NCBI GenBank assembly: GCA_049999805.1
Contig: JBNGIO010006320.1
Coordinates: 473,790 to 530,318, forward strand
Direction: 5' to 3'
DNA from: Folioceros fuciformis
Taxonomy: Eukaryota
Length of the DNA: 56,529 nucleotides
The position numbers and the translations under genes were made by a program. Below are positions 38,851 to 51,015 of the stretch, one piece after another. The notes under the pieces were generated by a model. That model was not told the DNA's origin and did no database searches. It saw only the letters and a list, made by a program, of their open reading frames with translations. Within the stretch, counting starts at the first letter, position 1. Every line of letters begins with the position of its first letter.

Positions 38851-39140
38851 TGAATGAATTGCTACACACAATGCTGTATAGGATGTCATGTTTTTCTTGG
38901 ATAAGTAGGCTGGTTTTCTACCCCTACACTATGTTTAATGGCGTTTCTTCTCGAGCTGGTCTTTTCCTCATCTAGGGAGGACAATAGGTTTCTATTGTTG
39001 ACTTGGTTGTAACTGACCTAACACAGGTCTTGGTCTACGAGCATATTGTCCTCAACTTCTTGGGTTGGGTGGTAGAGAGAGCACATGGGCCAAGATTCAT
39101 AAATACACTCCTTTACAAGCTGAACACATCTTAATCGCTT

Positions 39141-39218
39141 TGCTACCATTGAGACTCATGAGACCATGCTACCATTGAGACTCATGAGACCATGCTACCA
39201 TTGAGACTCATGAGGCCA
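39141..39218. repeat. 26-bp tandem repeat, three copies (TGCTACCATTGAGACTCATGAGACCA)
   Basis: Directly visible; the third copy has one mismatch. Confidence 0.9.
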
Positions 39219-41126
39219 TGTGCAAGGCATTTTCCAAGTTTTTGAAGTCTTGTGCCAAAGTTGTTCATAAGATCAAAAATAGGCTTGGTCTTCCTCTTTC
39301 AAAAATAGGCTTGGTCTTTTGGCATGGGCACCAAGTACCATTTGCCAAAGGGCCAAAGGGGCAAAGGGCCATTGCTCCTTATAGAGCAATACAGAGGGCA
39401 ATACGATCTTTTGGTAGAGGGTTGGTAGAGGGTTGTTCATTGTTCTATAATGAGCATTAGCTCAAGAGTTGGCCAATGCCATATGCAGGATGATGAAATT
39501 GGCCAAGAGACGACATCAGCAACTCCATGGTAGATATACCTTTTCCTCCTCTTGAACCATGATATTTTATGTGCTATTGGTAATAGTAATTAGACTTTGG
39601 GGATTAGCCCCTAGTATCTTAATCACTATTTATTTCCTTCTTTAAGCTTTAGGGATAGATCGACTTTTTCATTCTTGTGAATCTAAAATAAATGGATATA
39701 AACTTTTAAAGATATAACTGTCCTGTGATTTGTATTGACTTATTAAAGTAAAACCCTTGAAACATAATCCAAAAGGAGAAACATGAAGGTACTAGGTACT
39801 TGTAGGACAAGCAGTAGTGGTTTGCTTTTTGCCTTTGCTTGCACCTTTTGCCTTTTTTTTGGCTTTTGGCTAGCTTTGCATTTGCCCATGGGGTTCACAC
39901 GCTCCAAAACACTGCATAATGCATGGGTGTGAAAGTACATACGTAGGGTGCGGCCCCAACAACCCAACCAAGAAACATTCTTGAGTCATGACTAAGTCGG
40001 GATGCAAGGAAAATGCCGTAAGCAATGCAAAGCAAAGGGCCCCACTCCGCCTACAGTCCCGCATGTTATCATGATGGGCTGTGCCGATTACGTGGGCCCA
40101 CGCAAAAGAAATGATTCGAGGTCCTGGGCTTCCGGTCCCGCGCTCCTTATATCTCCCAAAAATAAATTTCCGCTCTCCTTCGACATACGCCAGGGTAGCC
40201 TCGTAAGGTGTACCCGCTAGATTTTCACCATCTCCGGAGTACACACTTTTGGCAGCGAGTAGGTCAATCGGCCCGTCCTGAGCCTGCAGGCCCTGCAAGC
40301 CACATGATAAAGTAAGGAGCCACCCACAGGTCGGCCCATCCCGTTTCACACGGAGTCGGGATACGAGCTTGTAATAATCGCGCCATGTGCCGACATTGAA
40401 CCGTAGGGGGTGTGGCCGCATCCCCTGACCCAGCGCCTCGCGCGACAGGACACCAGTCGAGCTGGTTATCACTTGCGCCTGACAACATGGCCCNNNNNNN
40501 NNNNNNNNNNNNNNNNNNNNNNNNNNNNNNNNNNNNNNNNNNNNNNNNNNNNNNNNNNNNNNNNNNNNNNNNNNNNNNNNNNNNNNNNNNNNNCCCCCCT
40601 ATTCCGTACTCCTCAAATACTGGATTTCGCGCACCAGATAAGGGAGCCAACCATACCCCCGTCCTGCCTTGTCGGCCGCCGCGCAACCGCCGCGTGGAGT
40701 CCTGTCGGGACCAAGTTCCTGCGCAGAGTTGCCAGACTAACGTGCGTCCTGTCAGGGGGGCCGGGAGCAGCGAGCTCGCCCTCTCCTACAAGCAACGCTG
40801 CTCCTGGCCATGGTCCCCCAGGGGCCCCCTCGATCCGCCGCTTCTTGCACCCTTGGCGCCGGGACACAACGCCGAGGCCTTGTGGTAACTTCCTCCCGGT
40901 CCCTGGAATGGGACGATCGGGACATCTGGCTGGGAGTAGCAGCAGCCGCAGCAGCAGCACTGCCAGCCGGGACATCCTGTCGGGAGCAAGTGGCAGCCTT
41001 CTCGGGCTCCCCGGAATGGGACGCTGGCGATCGGGCCAACAGTATACCGGGAGCAGCATCACGATTCCCAGCCGGGACGCAATGCAGCAGGCTGCAGCGA
41101 GCTGTGGCCCCTCGGGTCTCCGGGAA

Positions 41127-44100
41127 ATGAGGGCGTCGGGACACCTCGTCGGGAGACGAACTGCGCTGCATCTGCGCCTGGGACTGGCGCTGCTGCTGGT
41201 CCTGGCGCTGGGAGTGTGCAGCAGGGGGGACGACACGGCGGTGCTGCTGCAGCTCAAGGCCGGGCTGCACGATCCCACTGGCGCGCTGGGATCGTGGGTG
41301 GCGGGCACCGCGGTGTGCGAGTGGGCGGGAGTCCGGTGCGGGGCCGCGGGGGAGGTGACGGAGCTTCGGCTGGCGGCCAAGAATCTGAGTGGAGAGCTAC
41401 CGGCCGCCGTGGGAGGGCTGGCGGCCTTGGAGGTGCTGGACTTGGGATTGAATCAGCTGCAGGGATTGCTCCCCTCAGAGCTGGCCAGTCTCGGGGCGCT
41501 CACGCTGCTCAACCTGACGTTCAATAATTTCTCCGGGGAGTTCCCGACGGGGTTCGGCGGGGTGCGGGGGCTGGTGGCCATCGACGCCTACAGCAATTCC
41601 TTTACGGGGCCGCTGCCGGAGGACCTCCCGGACCNNNNNNNNNNNNNNNNNNNNNNNNNNNNNNNNNNNNNNNNNNNNNNNNNNNNNNNNNNNNNNNNNN
41701 NNNNNNNNNNNNNNNNNNNNNNNNNNNNNNNNNNGAGATACTGCATCTCGGGGGGAGCTACTTCCAGGGAAGCATTCCCGCCAGATACGGCGGCTTCGCC
41801 AGCCTCCGCTTCCTGCACCTGGCGGGGAACTCGCTGGAAGGGGAGGTGCCGGGGGAGCTGGGGAATTTGTCCACGCTGGAGCATCTGGAGCTCGGGTACA
41901 ACGGGCTGTCGGGGGGCTTCCCGCCGGAGCTCGGGAGGCTGTCCCGGCTGGAGTATCTGGACCTGAGTTACACGGGCTTGGCGGGGCAGTTGCCACCAGA
42001 GTTGGGGAATCTGAGTAGCCTGGGCTCGCTCTTCCTTGAGCAGAACTCGCTGAATGGGAGCCTGCCGGAGGAGATCGGCAAGCTGCAGCGGCTGCAGTCG
42101 CTGGACCTGTCGCAGAACCATCTGTCGGGGCCCCTGCCGGGCCCCATGGGGGGCATGAAAAAAAAAAAAAACCTCAACCTGCTCATGAACAACGTCAGCG
42201 GGAGCCTCCCGAGCTGGATTGCGCAGCTCCCGAACCTGGTGACCGTCTATCTGTGGGGAAACCGTCTCACGGGGAGCTTGCCGGCGGAGTGGGGGACTAG
42301 TGCTGCGCTGCAGCGTGTGGACTTGTCGCAAAACCAGCTGAGCGGGCCCATTCCCCAGGATCTGTGTCACGGGGGCGCATTGCAGGCCGTCCTGCTCTTC
42401 GACAATCAGCTCAGCGGAAGCATCCCGGGCAGCCTGGCCACCTGCGTTTCCCTGCAGCGGGTGCGCCTTCAACGCAACATGCTGAGCGGGGAGATTCCAC
42501 CGGGCCTGGGCTTGCTCCCGAGCCTCAACTGGCTGGAGCTGGCCAACAACTCCCTCACCGGGACAGTCCCCCCAGATCTGCTTCAGGCCTCCACGGGGAA
42601 CATGAGCTTCATCGACCTAAGCACCAACTTGTTGAGTGGAACTCTCCCTGTGGGAGAACCCTGGACCGCCTGTCAGAGGCTCCAGGAACTACACATGGCG
42701 CAGAATTCCCTCACTGGGAGCATCCCCGCCCTCATCTCCTCCTGCCCCCTTCTCACCAGCCTGGACTTCTCGCAGAACAACTTCACCGGGAGCATCCCTG
42801 GGGAGCTGGGCCTGTGCCAGCGTCTGGTGTCCCTCAACCTAAGCAAAAATTTGCTGAGCGGCGAGATCCCGGACTCGCTGGCGGATCTCCCGCAGCTGGC
42901 CATTCTGGACGTGTCCAGCAACCAGCTCACCGGCAGAATCCCGCCCACTCTCGGCTCTGCCATCAGCTTGGACTCCATCAACGTCTCCTACAACCAGCTC
43001 ACCGGCCCGCTGCCCACCGTCGGCGTCTTCCCCTACCTCAACATTTCCTACTACATTGGGAACCCGGGCCTATGCGGGAACAACCTCACCAACGAATGCG
43101 ACTCATTAGAATCGCCCGGGCCCTCGTCCCCGCAGCCCATCCACCAGAGGTACTCGTCCATCTCCCGGCAGACGAGACGCAAAGTGGTCGCCGTGGTGGC
43201 GGCCATCTTCGGGGCCACGGGACTCGTCCTGCTCGTTTCTCTAGCCTGCTATGTGCGGCACCAGGGAGACTGGCCCTGGTGCGTCAGCCTGGGCTTCTCC
43301 CGGCCCGACTTCAACCACCTCAACTCCGAGGCCTGGCCATGGAAGCTCACGGCCTTCCAGAAGGTAGGCTTCGCGGCAGCCGACGTGGTGGAGTGCGTGA
43401 AGGAGGCGAACCAGATCGGGCAGGGCGGAGCGGGCACCGTGTACAAGGGGGAGATGGAGAGCGGGGAGGTGGTGGCCGTGAAGAAGCTGCGGGGGAGCCG
43501 GAAGAGTCTTTCTCCGCTTGAGGATCACGGCTTCTCGGCGGAGGTGCAATTGCTAGGGAACATTCGGCACCGGAACGTGGTCCGCCTTCTGGCTTACTGC
43601 TCCAACAACGACACCGAGCTGCTGGTGTACGACTACATGCCCAACGGGAGCCTCGGGGAGGCGCTGCACGGCAAGGGCAGGGCCACCAACGTGCTGGCGG
43701 ATTGGGTGACGCGGTACAAGATCGCGGTGGGCGTGGCGCAGGGACTTTGCTACCTTCACCACAACTGCAGCCGCAGGATCGTCCACCGTGACGTCAAGTC
43801 CAACAACATCCTGCTTGATTCCGACATGGAAGCGTGCGTCGCGGATTTCGGGGTGGCTAAGCTCTTCGCCACCGGGGACAAGAAGGAGACTATGTCCACC
43901 ATCGCTGGCTCTTACGGATACATCGCTCCAGGTGTGTATGCGACTGCATGTTTGCTTCTGGATGCAATTTTCACGTGATGACCATGACGCGGACAGTGAT
44001 CGATGGAATGGATGCTGCAGAGTATGCGTACACCATGAAGGTGGACGAGAAGACGGACATCTACAGCTTCGGGGTGGTGTTGCTAGAGCTGCTCACGGGA

Positions 44101-44394
44101 AGGAGGCCCGCTGAGCCGGAATTCGGAGGGAACCTGGATATCGTGGAGTGGGTCGGGTGCAGGCTGCAGAAGCAAGGGTGGGTGACGGAGGTGCTGGATT
44201 CTAACCTGGGCGCGGCTTGTAGCTCGGTGCAGGAGGAGATGCTGCTGGTGCTCAGGATTGCGCTGCGCTGCACATCGCGCTACCCTGAGGACCGACCTTC
44301 CATGCGGGACGTGGTCACCATGTTAGCAGAAGCTGAACCCCGGCGGAAGGGGTCCTTCAAGAACCCGCTTTGGTCTGCGTCCAATCGCATCTAG
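41127..44394 (+). CDS. LRR receptor-like kinase subclass XI (TDR/PXY- or CLV1/BAM-like); exons 41127-43931 (N gap 41635-41734) and 44021-44394; start ATG approximate
   Basis: Signal peptide, CxWxGVxC cap, about 21 LRRs, GNPGLCG, TM segment, WPWKLTAFQK, HRDVKSNNILLD, DFG, GSYGYIAP|EYAYT with the conserved single intron, RPSMRDVVTML. Confidence 0.92.
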
Positions 44395-44635
44395 CGACAC
44401 CTCACGCCGCCCGACAATTTTTGACACTTCGCGGGTACGCTTTCCTAAGAATGTAGGAGGTAGTTATAGCCAATCTAAGGGAGCAACAGTCTTCTCCAGG
44501 ATATAGGCGTAGACTAAATAGTGTACATTCCACACTTTCTCCTCTTCAGAACTTGTATGCTCGACAAACTGCTCTGAAGAACGTCGGCTTGCTGGTCAGT
44601 AACTCAGAATTTAGAAGAAGCGATCCGGGCCTTGC

Positions 44636-46770
44636 TCAAGCGGTCCTGTTCACAAGCGTGTACAGGTCTCCCCTCCTTTGATGTTGTAAAGGCATATTGC
44701 TTCTGCAGACAAACAACAGGCAGAAGAGGTGAGGACACTTGCTAGTAACCGGACACTTCCACCAAGGTTGAGAAAGCATTTAACTTACCGCCTGTCTTCA
44801 ATGACCGAATAGTCAAGGTCTGCAAACACAGTTGTCTCGCTGTGTTCCGTGGTTGCAATCACCTCCCCGAACTGAACATGCCAGTTAAGTCATTCAGCAC
44901 CTTGCGGAGCCGGTCAAGTAACTGCCCGAGATACGAAGAACAAGAGCAGTGTGGTTACTCACTGGACCCACAACTGTAGAATGACCCCAAGCGTGATAGC
45001 TTGCGCTTGTATCTCGAGCTGGTGAGCAGGTTATTACGTACAACTGCAAAAGGCATCGGTTCACCCGATGAGGAATACTTCAGCACATGCAACAACTGAA
45101 TATGGCCGTTTTAGAGATTAGGGCTATCGCCCTCACCTGATTGTCCACAGCTCTGAATTCGACGATGAAGAGAAGTTGAGAAGAGCACAAGATACCAAAA
45201 TCAGCACAAGGCAATCAAAGAACGCGAAAAGCAAACTCAAGGGGTCAGCTGTGAACGACACATCACCTTGCCCTCGATAAAAGTTCCCAGTGAAGAGGGC
45301 CTGTAGTCATATTGAAAGCTCCAGGATAACAGATAACATGCACTCCTGCACGTTACTAGCTGAAGTTCACTGGCAAAATCTTGGAGAATCTGCCCATGTG
45401 CATGACCATCCATTCTATCATCCCTTACCTTTGGCAGCATACAGCATAGCAAGCTCTGGGAATCGGATGTCATAGCAGATGCCCACTCCAATACGACCTA
45501 CATCTGCACAGCCAATTGCAGCAGTGAGGTGGAGTGAGTCGCCCCAGATGTCATAAGCTTGTATCCAGTGGCCACTGCACAATCAAGGTTGGCACCAGTG
45601 TCAACGACGGTCAAACTATCCCCTGGAGTCAAGGTCTCAGACTCCTTGAAGGTTATCTTCCCAGGGATGTCAATATCAAACAGATGCACCTGTAAAAACA
45701 CAATCGGCACACGCAAAATCAATGCTCCTCCTGCTTCGGGTGATTCTCATGCTAGAGCAGGGAAGCATATTATGCTACATATTGCACCTTTCGGTGTTTA
45801 GCCTTGAGCTCCCCATTCTTGTCATAGACCAAGCAGGTATTGTAGAGCTTGTCACCAACTCGCTCAGGTATGGATCCACCAACTATTGTAACCCCCTTCT
45901 CACGGGCCACAGCAGAAAGCATTGAAGACGATGGAGAATCGCCATCGATAACTTCTGCGTAAACTGGGAAGCTAGCATTCGAGTAAGGACAGTTCCACAT
46001 CTCCTGGGTATCCAACACAGACATGAGCATATTTCCCAGTGTTCAGAGGAAACACCCAATAGAAACGACACGAATTACCAGCCGATACAGGACCTGATTC
46101 CATCAAGCAGCTCAGAATACTCACAGGTAAAACAACAAGCTGAGCCCCTTCATCCGCAGCTTTCTCAATCACAGCCCGAGCATGCCCTATGTTTGCATTT
46201 TTTTCGTTGGACACTGCGAGCTGGCATAGAGCCACCCTAACCTGCAAGGCGTTTGCAACAGATTTTTTCAGCAAAACATGCCCACATTTCACTGCATAAA
46301 GGAGGTGACAAGGGATCCCAGAAGACTATGTCTTGAGTGTTAACCTTCTTCCCACTCGGAGCGGGGCCAAGAGACTGAGTTGGAGGCTCCCGAGCTGCGG
46401 AAGCATCCAAACCTGACTCGCCTCCCATTCCTCGAACTGCAATCCTTCTAACCGTTTTGCAGGCCAAGTACTCGGGAAAACTCGAGGACTGTCTGCGCGA
46501 ACCCGCAAACGGAGAAACCCGTGTTGCCTTAGATTCCAGAGGCACCCGTCCCTCCGGAGTTAATGGTGCGGCAAAGGAGGAACGAAAACACGACGATGAG
46601 CGCTCGTTTGTCGGTGTTGTGAGCGATCTCATACGAGGCCACTGTACCCGCTGGATTGATTTTATCAGCTCATAATTTGCCTCGAGAGCACCTCTCCAAC
46701 CGACAGCCCCTTTGATGGGCCAAGAGGCCGCGCGAACTACGTGAGCCGAGCTGGCCTGAGCGACAAGCAT
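44636..46770 (-). CDS. NIT2: Omega-amidase (nitrilase-like NIT2/NLP3) with organellar transit peptide, multi-exon; start approximate
   Basis: [20 protein letters not shown] (catalytic Glu), [24 protein letters not shown] (Lys), [12 protein letters not shown] (Cys), [18 protein letters not shown]; stop TGA at 44638-44636. Confidence 0.92.
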
Positions 46771-48154
46771 GTCCTCTGCTGAAGTCCGGCACGAAAAGGG
46801 AAACCGCAGACAATCGGTCATGCATGAGCTGCCGATCACGACTGCCTGCTGCACATACCGTAAGCTGGATTTCAGGATGCTACGCCATGTCGCAGACAGG
46901 CCCGCTCACAACGTGGGCATGCGATCCGTGCAAGGGCCCTCCACATCCTTAAATCCAAGGGCCAGCCGCGAAAGGCCAGTGCACTTCGTTACCCTACAAC
47001 TTTTGTACATGGCAGTGCTCAAGCTTGAAAGAGGACTTCGCCTCTTCCAAGGCCATCACAGGCATGTTTCCCCCACAAATGCAAGGATCTGTTCCCGTGA
47101 CATCGGATCATTCATGCAAAGTTCGTTCCCTGATCCATCGAAACCAGCAATGAAGATGAAATTCAACCTGACAAAAAACATGCCTGTGAGGAAAGCTTTA
47201 TTTTGAAACAATCCATAGAAATGGAATACAACTCGTCAACTCCACACAAATAAACGAGCATCCGCATGTAAGATCTGAACTATCAGAACCTCTATCACTC
47301 AGCTGGAGCCCTAGCCAATGATCTTGCTCGCCTCCTGTACTCTCCCACCGCAAACCCTTGCCCCTGTCTCAAGCGAAGCCCAAACAGAACGAGACATGAC
47401 AAGGGCACGGTGTGCCGTACAGAGCAAACAGATCGCGCATGCACAGAAGAAGAAATTGGCCACAACAAGCTCCAAACGAAGCCGCGAGCAACGGAAGGGA
47501 CTCCGAGGCCAATTACTCATGAGAAGCTGCAGAGCTCACATGAGTCACTGGCCAAGGAGACTCTTCCCGCGACCATTGTCTTCCCGACGGACTGAACGCT
47601 TGGGGCATCAAAGGATTGAACCTGTCTCCCCGCCAGACACCAGGTAAACACTCAGCCAGTGAGCCAGAAGATAGCAGAAGAAAGAGTCACCTGGACCACA
47701 TCCGCATCCACAGCTCTAAAGTTAGGACCGTGCAATACGTCTCCTCTTTGCCACGGGAGATAAGGGCTAAACCACAAACCCGTGAACCCTCGCATTCACG
47801 GACTTCACGGTGGCAGTGGGAGTTGGTGTTCATCATGGACGCGAACAGGTACTGTAGGTAGTTACTCACGCTTCTTCAAGTAGCTGCTTGGTACTTAATG
47901 TACCGTACACATAATACATTTTTTTTGTATTTGCTAAGAACACAGTACCGTACGTGGTCCGACCCCAAGGAGTCATTCGGCGTAAAATAGTTGAAATTAA
48001 TCAATATTGAATGTTTAAAATATTATTATCTAAATATTGATTGTTCAGAAAATTTCTTCCACTATGTGCCTAGAATGAAGAAATGCTGGGTTGCTCAAGG
48101 ATGAAAGTGTTGGTGAAGAAATAAGGGAGACGATGTTGAGGAACAGGCCGGTTA

Positions 48155-48412
48155 CCATGCTTTTCATGGAGCTTCCCTGGATCCATAGCATTATCATGCT
48201 TTCCATGAAGCTTCCCTGGATCCATAGCATTATCATGCTTTCCAGAGCTTCCCTAGATCCATAGCATTATCATGCTTTCCATGGAGCTTCCCTAGATCCA
48301 TAGCATTATCATGCTTTCCATGGAGCTTCCCTGGATCCATAGCATTATCATGCTTTCCATGGAGCTTCCCTGGATCCATAGCATTACCATACTTTCCATG
48401 GAACTTCTCTTG
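48155..48412. repeat. 39-bp tandem repeat, about 6.5 copies (ATGCTTTCCATGGAGCTTCCCTGGATCCATAGCATTATC)
   Basis: Directly visible; one copy has a 2-bp deletion near 48244. Confidence 0.95.
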
Positions 48413-48474
48413 GAAACTCATAGTCCAGTGGAACGCAAGGAGAAGGTTCAGTAGGATTAGAAACCACATGTTGC

Positions 48475-48600
48475 CTAGAGGAGAGATAGATCAAGCACAC
48501 ATAGGATCCAGCACTAGAACGCACTTAAGCTACATCAGCCTGGAGGAGAGATAAGATCAAGCACATATAGGATCCAGCACTAGAACGCACTTAACCTACA
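48475..48600. repeat. Direct duplication of about 65 bp (GAGGAGAGATAGATCAAGCACA...CACTTAAnCTACA), possibly an LTR end
   Basis: Two near-identical copies at about 48475-48535 and 48540-48600. Confidence 0.85.
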
Positions 48601-51015
48601 CCGGTGGAAATTTAATGATGAAGTTTGGTGTGACAAATGCAATGAAGTTTCTGCGAAAAAGTACAAGCATTAGACCAACATTCTAGCAATCCCACTATGG
48701 ATGTAGCGTGACAAGACGTGTGGCAACGTACGATCCACATTCCAGGCTTTTCCAATGGTGTTCCACCTGTGCCGCACATGACTGAACAATCCAACTTGGT
48801 TGCTTTTATTGGACATATAGCTTCGTGGTTGCAGCTATGATGCCACCGTGATGTCCGAGCATTACAAATCACAGAGCTATCCGAGAGGATGACGCAGGAC
48901 TGGGATTGGAAATCTAGCGTTGTTAAGGCGTGCAACGTATCCAACGCCATCAGCATGTTCGGAAGAAATGGATTGACGACTTCTGGGAAGAAAGGGTGGA
49001 CATAACTACCGAAAATGGAAAAGAAAAACCCGACCAAGATTGAATGCTCTTAATAAGAACGATGGTGGGGCATGGAGAAGGGACAGAAACCCGAAAGCCC
49101 CCTGAATTGCGCATTGCGCATCACGCATCACGTGCACTAGCTCGTGAGGAGGGCACGACAACACTGTTCAGATGTACCAGAACTAGTGCTGTTGAACCTG
49201 TTTCAGTGACAAGGTTTGAGAACGTGGACGTGTCAGTTCTTGTGCAAAATTGCGGGTAGGAAGAAAAATAAGGCGGTGGCTGGCCAGCAAGAGCAAGAGA
49301 ATTCCCAGGATGAAATGTCTTGCTGCAAACTATGCTAAGGGAGATGGATTCTCCGTCCCGAGCTGTGTGGAGCAAGTCCCTCCTCGGTGCCTCTCCACAT
49401 GAAGTAGAACCTTGTCGCTGTCCTCTACTTTCGGAATTTGTCATGGTCCCCGGGTGCCTGTCTGCTCGTCGCCAGCGTCTACAATGCTGTTTCATGGAGA
49501 GTGCTCTTAATCATGCGCCATGACCACAAATGGAGCTGGCATAGGGACCTGGCTAGAGTCTGTCACAGCCGTCAAATGGCGCCCGCTTCCCGTGAGCTGT
49601 TTGTTATGTCCTCCACTTCACGACTCTACTGTCGGATGCAGAATTCGGAAGAGAAGGAGAGTGATGAAATTACTCGATTCGGATCTTATCTGTGTTCCGA
49701 GAACCTCAACTCACATGTGCTGCCAGTGCTGTCCTTGTGCTGCTTTCGTGTGGGAATCTCCCACCTCTGGACACTACAGACAGCCACCATCAACGAAAGG
49801 TCCGCGACATTTGCTGTGTTCTACGGAAAGGGAGTGCAGGCAGTCCAAGCGCGCCACTCGCTACCATAAGAAAATGTTGAGGAAACTGCCCTTTCTCTAT
49901 CACAACCAGTAAACAGGTGCTCCCACTGCATGCACGGCAGCGCTGCCACGACGGACTGAGTACCTACACAGTACACGGCCAATCCCTACGGCACACGGCA
50001 ACCACGATCACGGGCGGCCTGTCGCTTACGGGTTACTGTTTGGCACTATGCACGCTGTATACAGCGGAATCGTCACTAGAGATGCTCCTTGGCCTGTCGA
50101 GACTCGACACTTAGAGGATGCGGATCTTCTGGGCCAAGTGGGGCATGTGCTTTTACGCGTACGAAAGTTGTGCAGCAAGAGATTTCAAATTTCTGCTGAT
50201 TCGGAACACTGTTCATGACTGTGTTGCCTCTTAGCACCAGTTTGCATCAAACAAGGACATGATGCCCTCCTGGGTCTTCGAGCTACGTTATAAGTCGATT
50301 GGTCCATGTGAACAACAATGGCTTCAATGGCATCTTACTGCCAGCTTTATTGTGCTGCAGAAGACCTTAACAATGAATGGCAGCAGAGTCAACATGTTTG
50401 CCAGCCTACACCTGTTGAAGGGATCGTGCCCCAACCGAAAGTCGCGGACTTCTTCACCAGAACAAAGATGTGCAAAGTTTGCTTTGAAGATCTTTGCACA
50501 CCTGAAGTGTTCTACACCAGCAGCTGTGCCGCTCCCCAAATACATGGTTACAAGCAGAGGTCAGAGCGAGCAGCTTATCCATCTGCTGGGGAAAAGAGGC
50601 AACCCAGGGATTGAATTTGTCAGGACGGGGTTGTCGAGAGACAAGGTTGCCAGACTGGAAGCCTCCTAACACTCCTCAGGATGATGTCAAGCACGTATGC
50701 ACAAATCCGAGGGGGCTGGCTAGTTCATTCTGCCTGTAGCCTGTGAAGATGGAGGGAGAGAACTATCCCTACGTCATCCTCAAATACATCCGGAGCTACA
50801 ACCTTAGCGTCGTTTCTGTCAAGCACAGCACAGATGTTGAATCCTAGTGGTGAGGGCACCACTTGATTCACATTATAATGTCAGACATTCCCGTATAGGA
50901 TCCTGTTCTCGACAGCCTTTTCATTAGGAGATCTTCAGCATATATGGTGGGGGTGGGGGTACTCGTCGCCTTTGGGAAGAGACAAGAAGCCAAGGGATCA
51001 TGGCAACTCTCATGC

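Noticed and set aside
39218-40472. Possible hAT transposase remnant and a 200-aa minus-strand ORF
   Set aside because: Similarity is too weak to support by eye, and the ORF abuts an N gap.
48233-48469. Multi-domain CLE ligand for the nearby LRR-XI receptor
   Set aside because: The 13-aa unit lacks the CLE consensus (R/H)xVPxGPNPxx(N/H).
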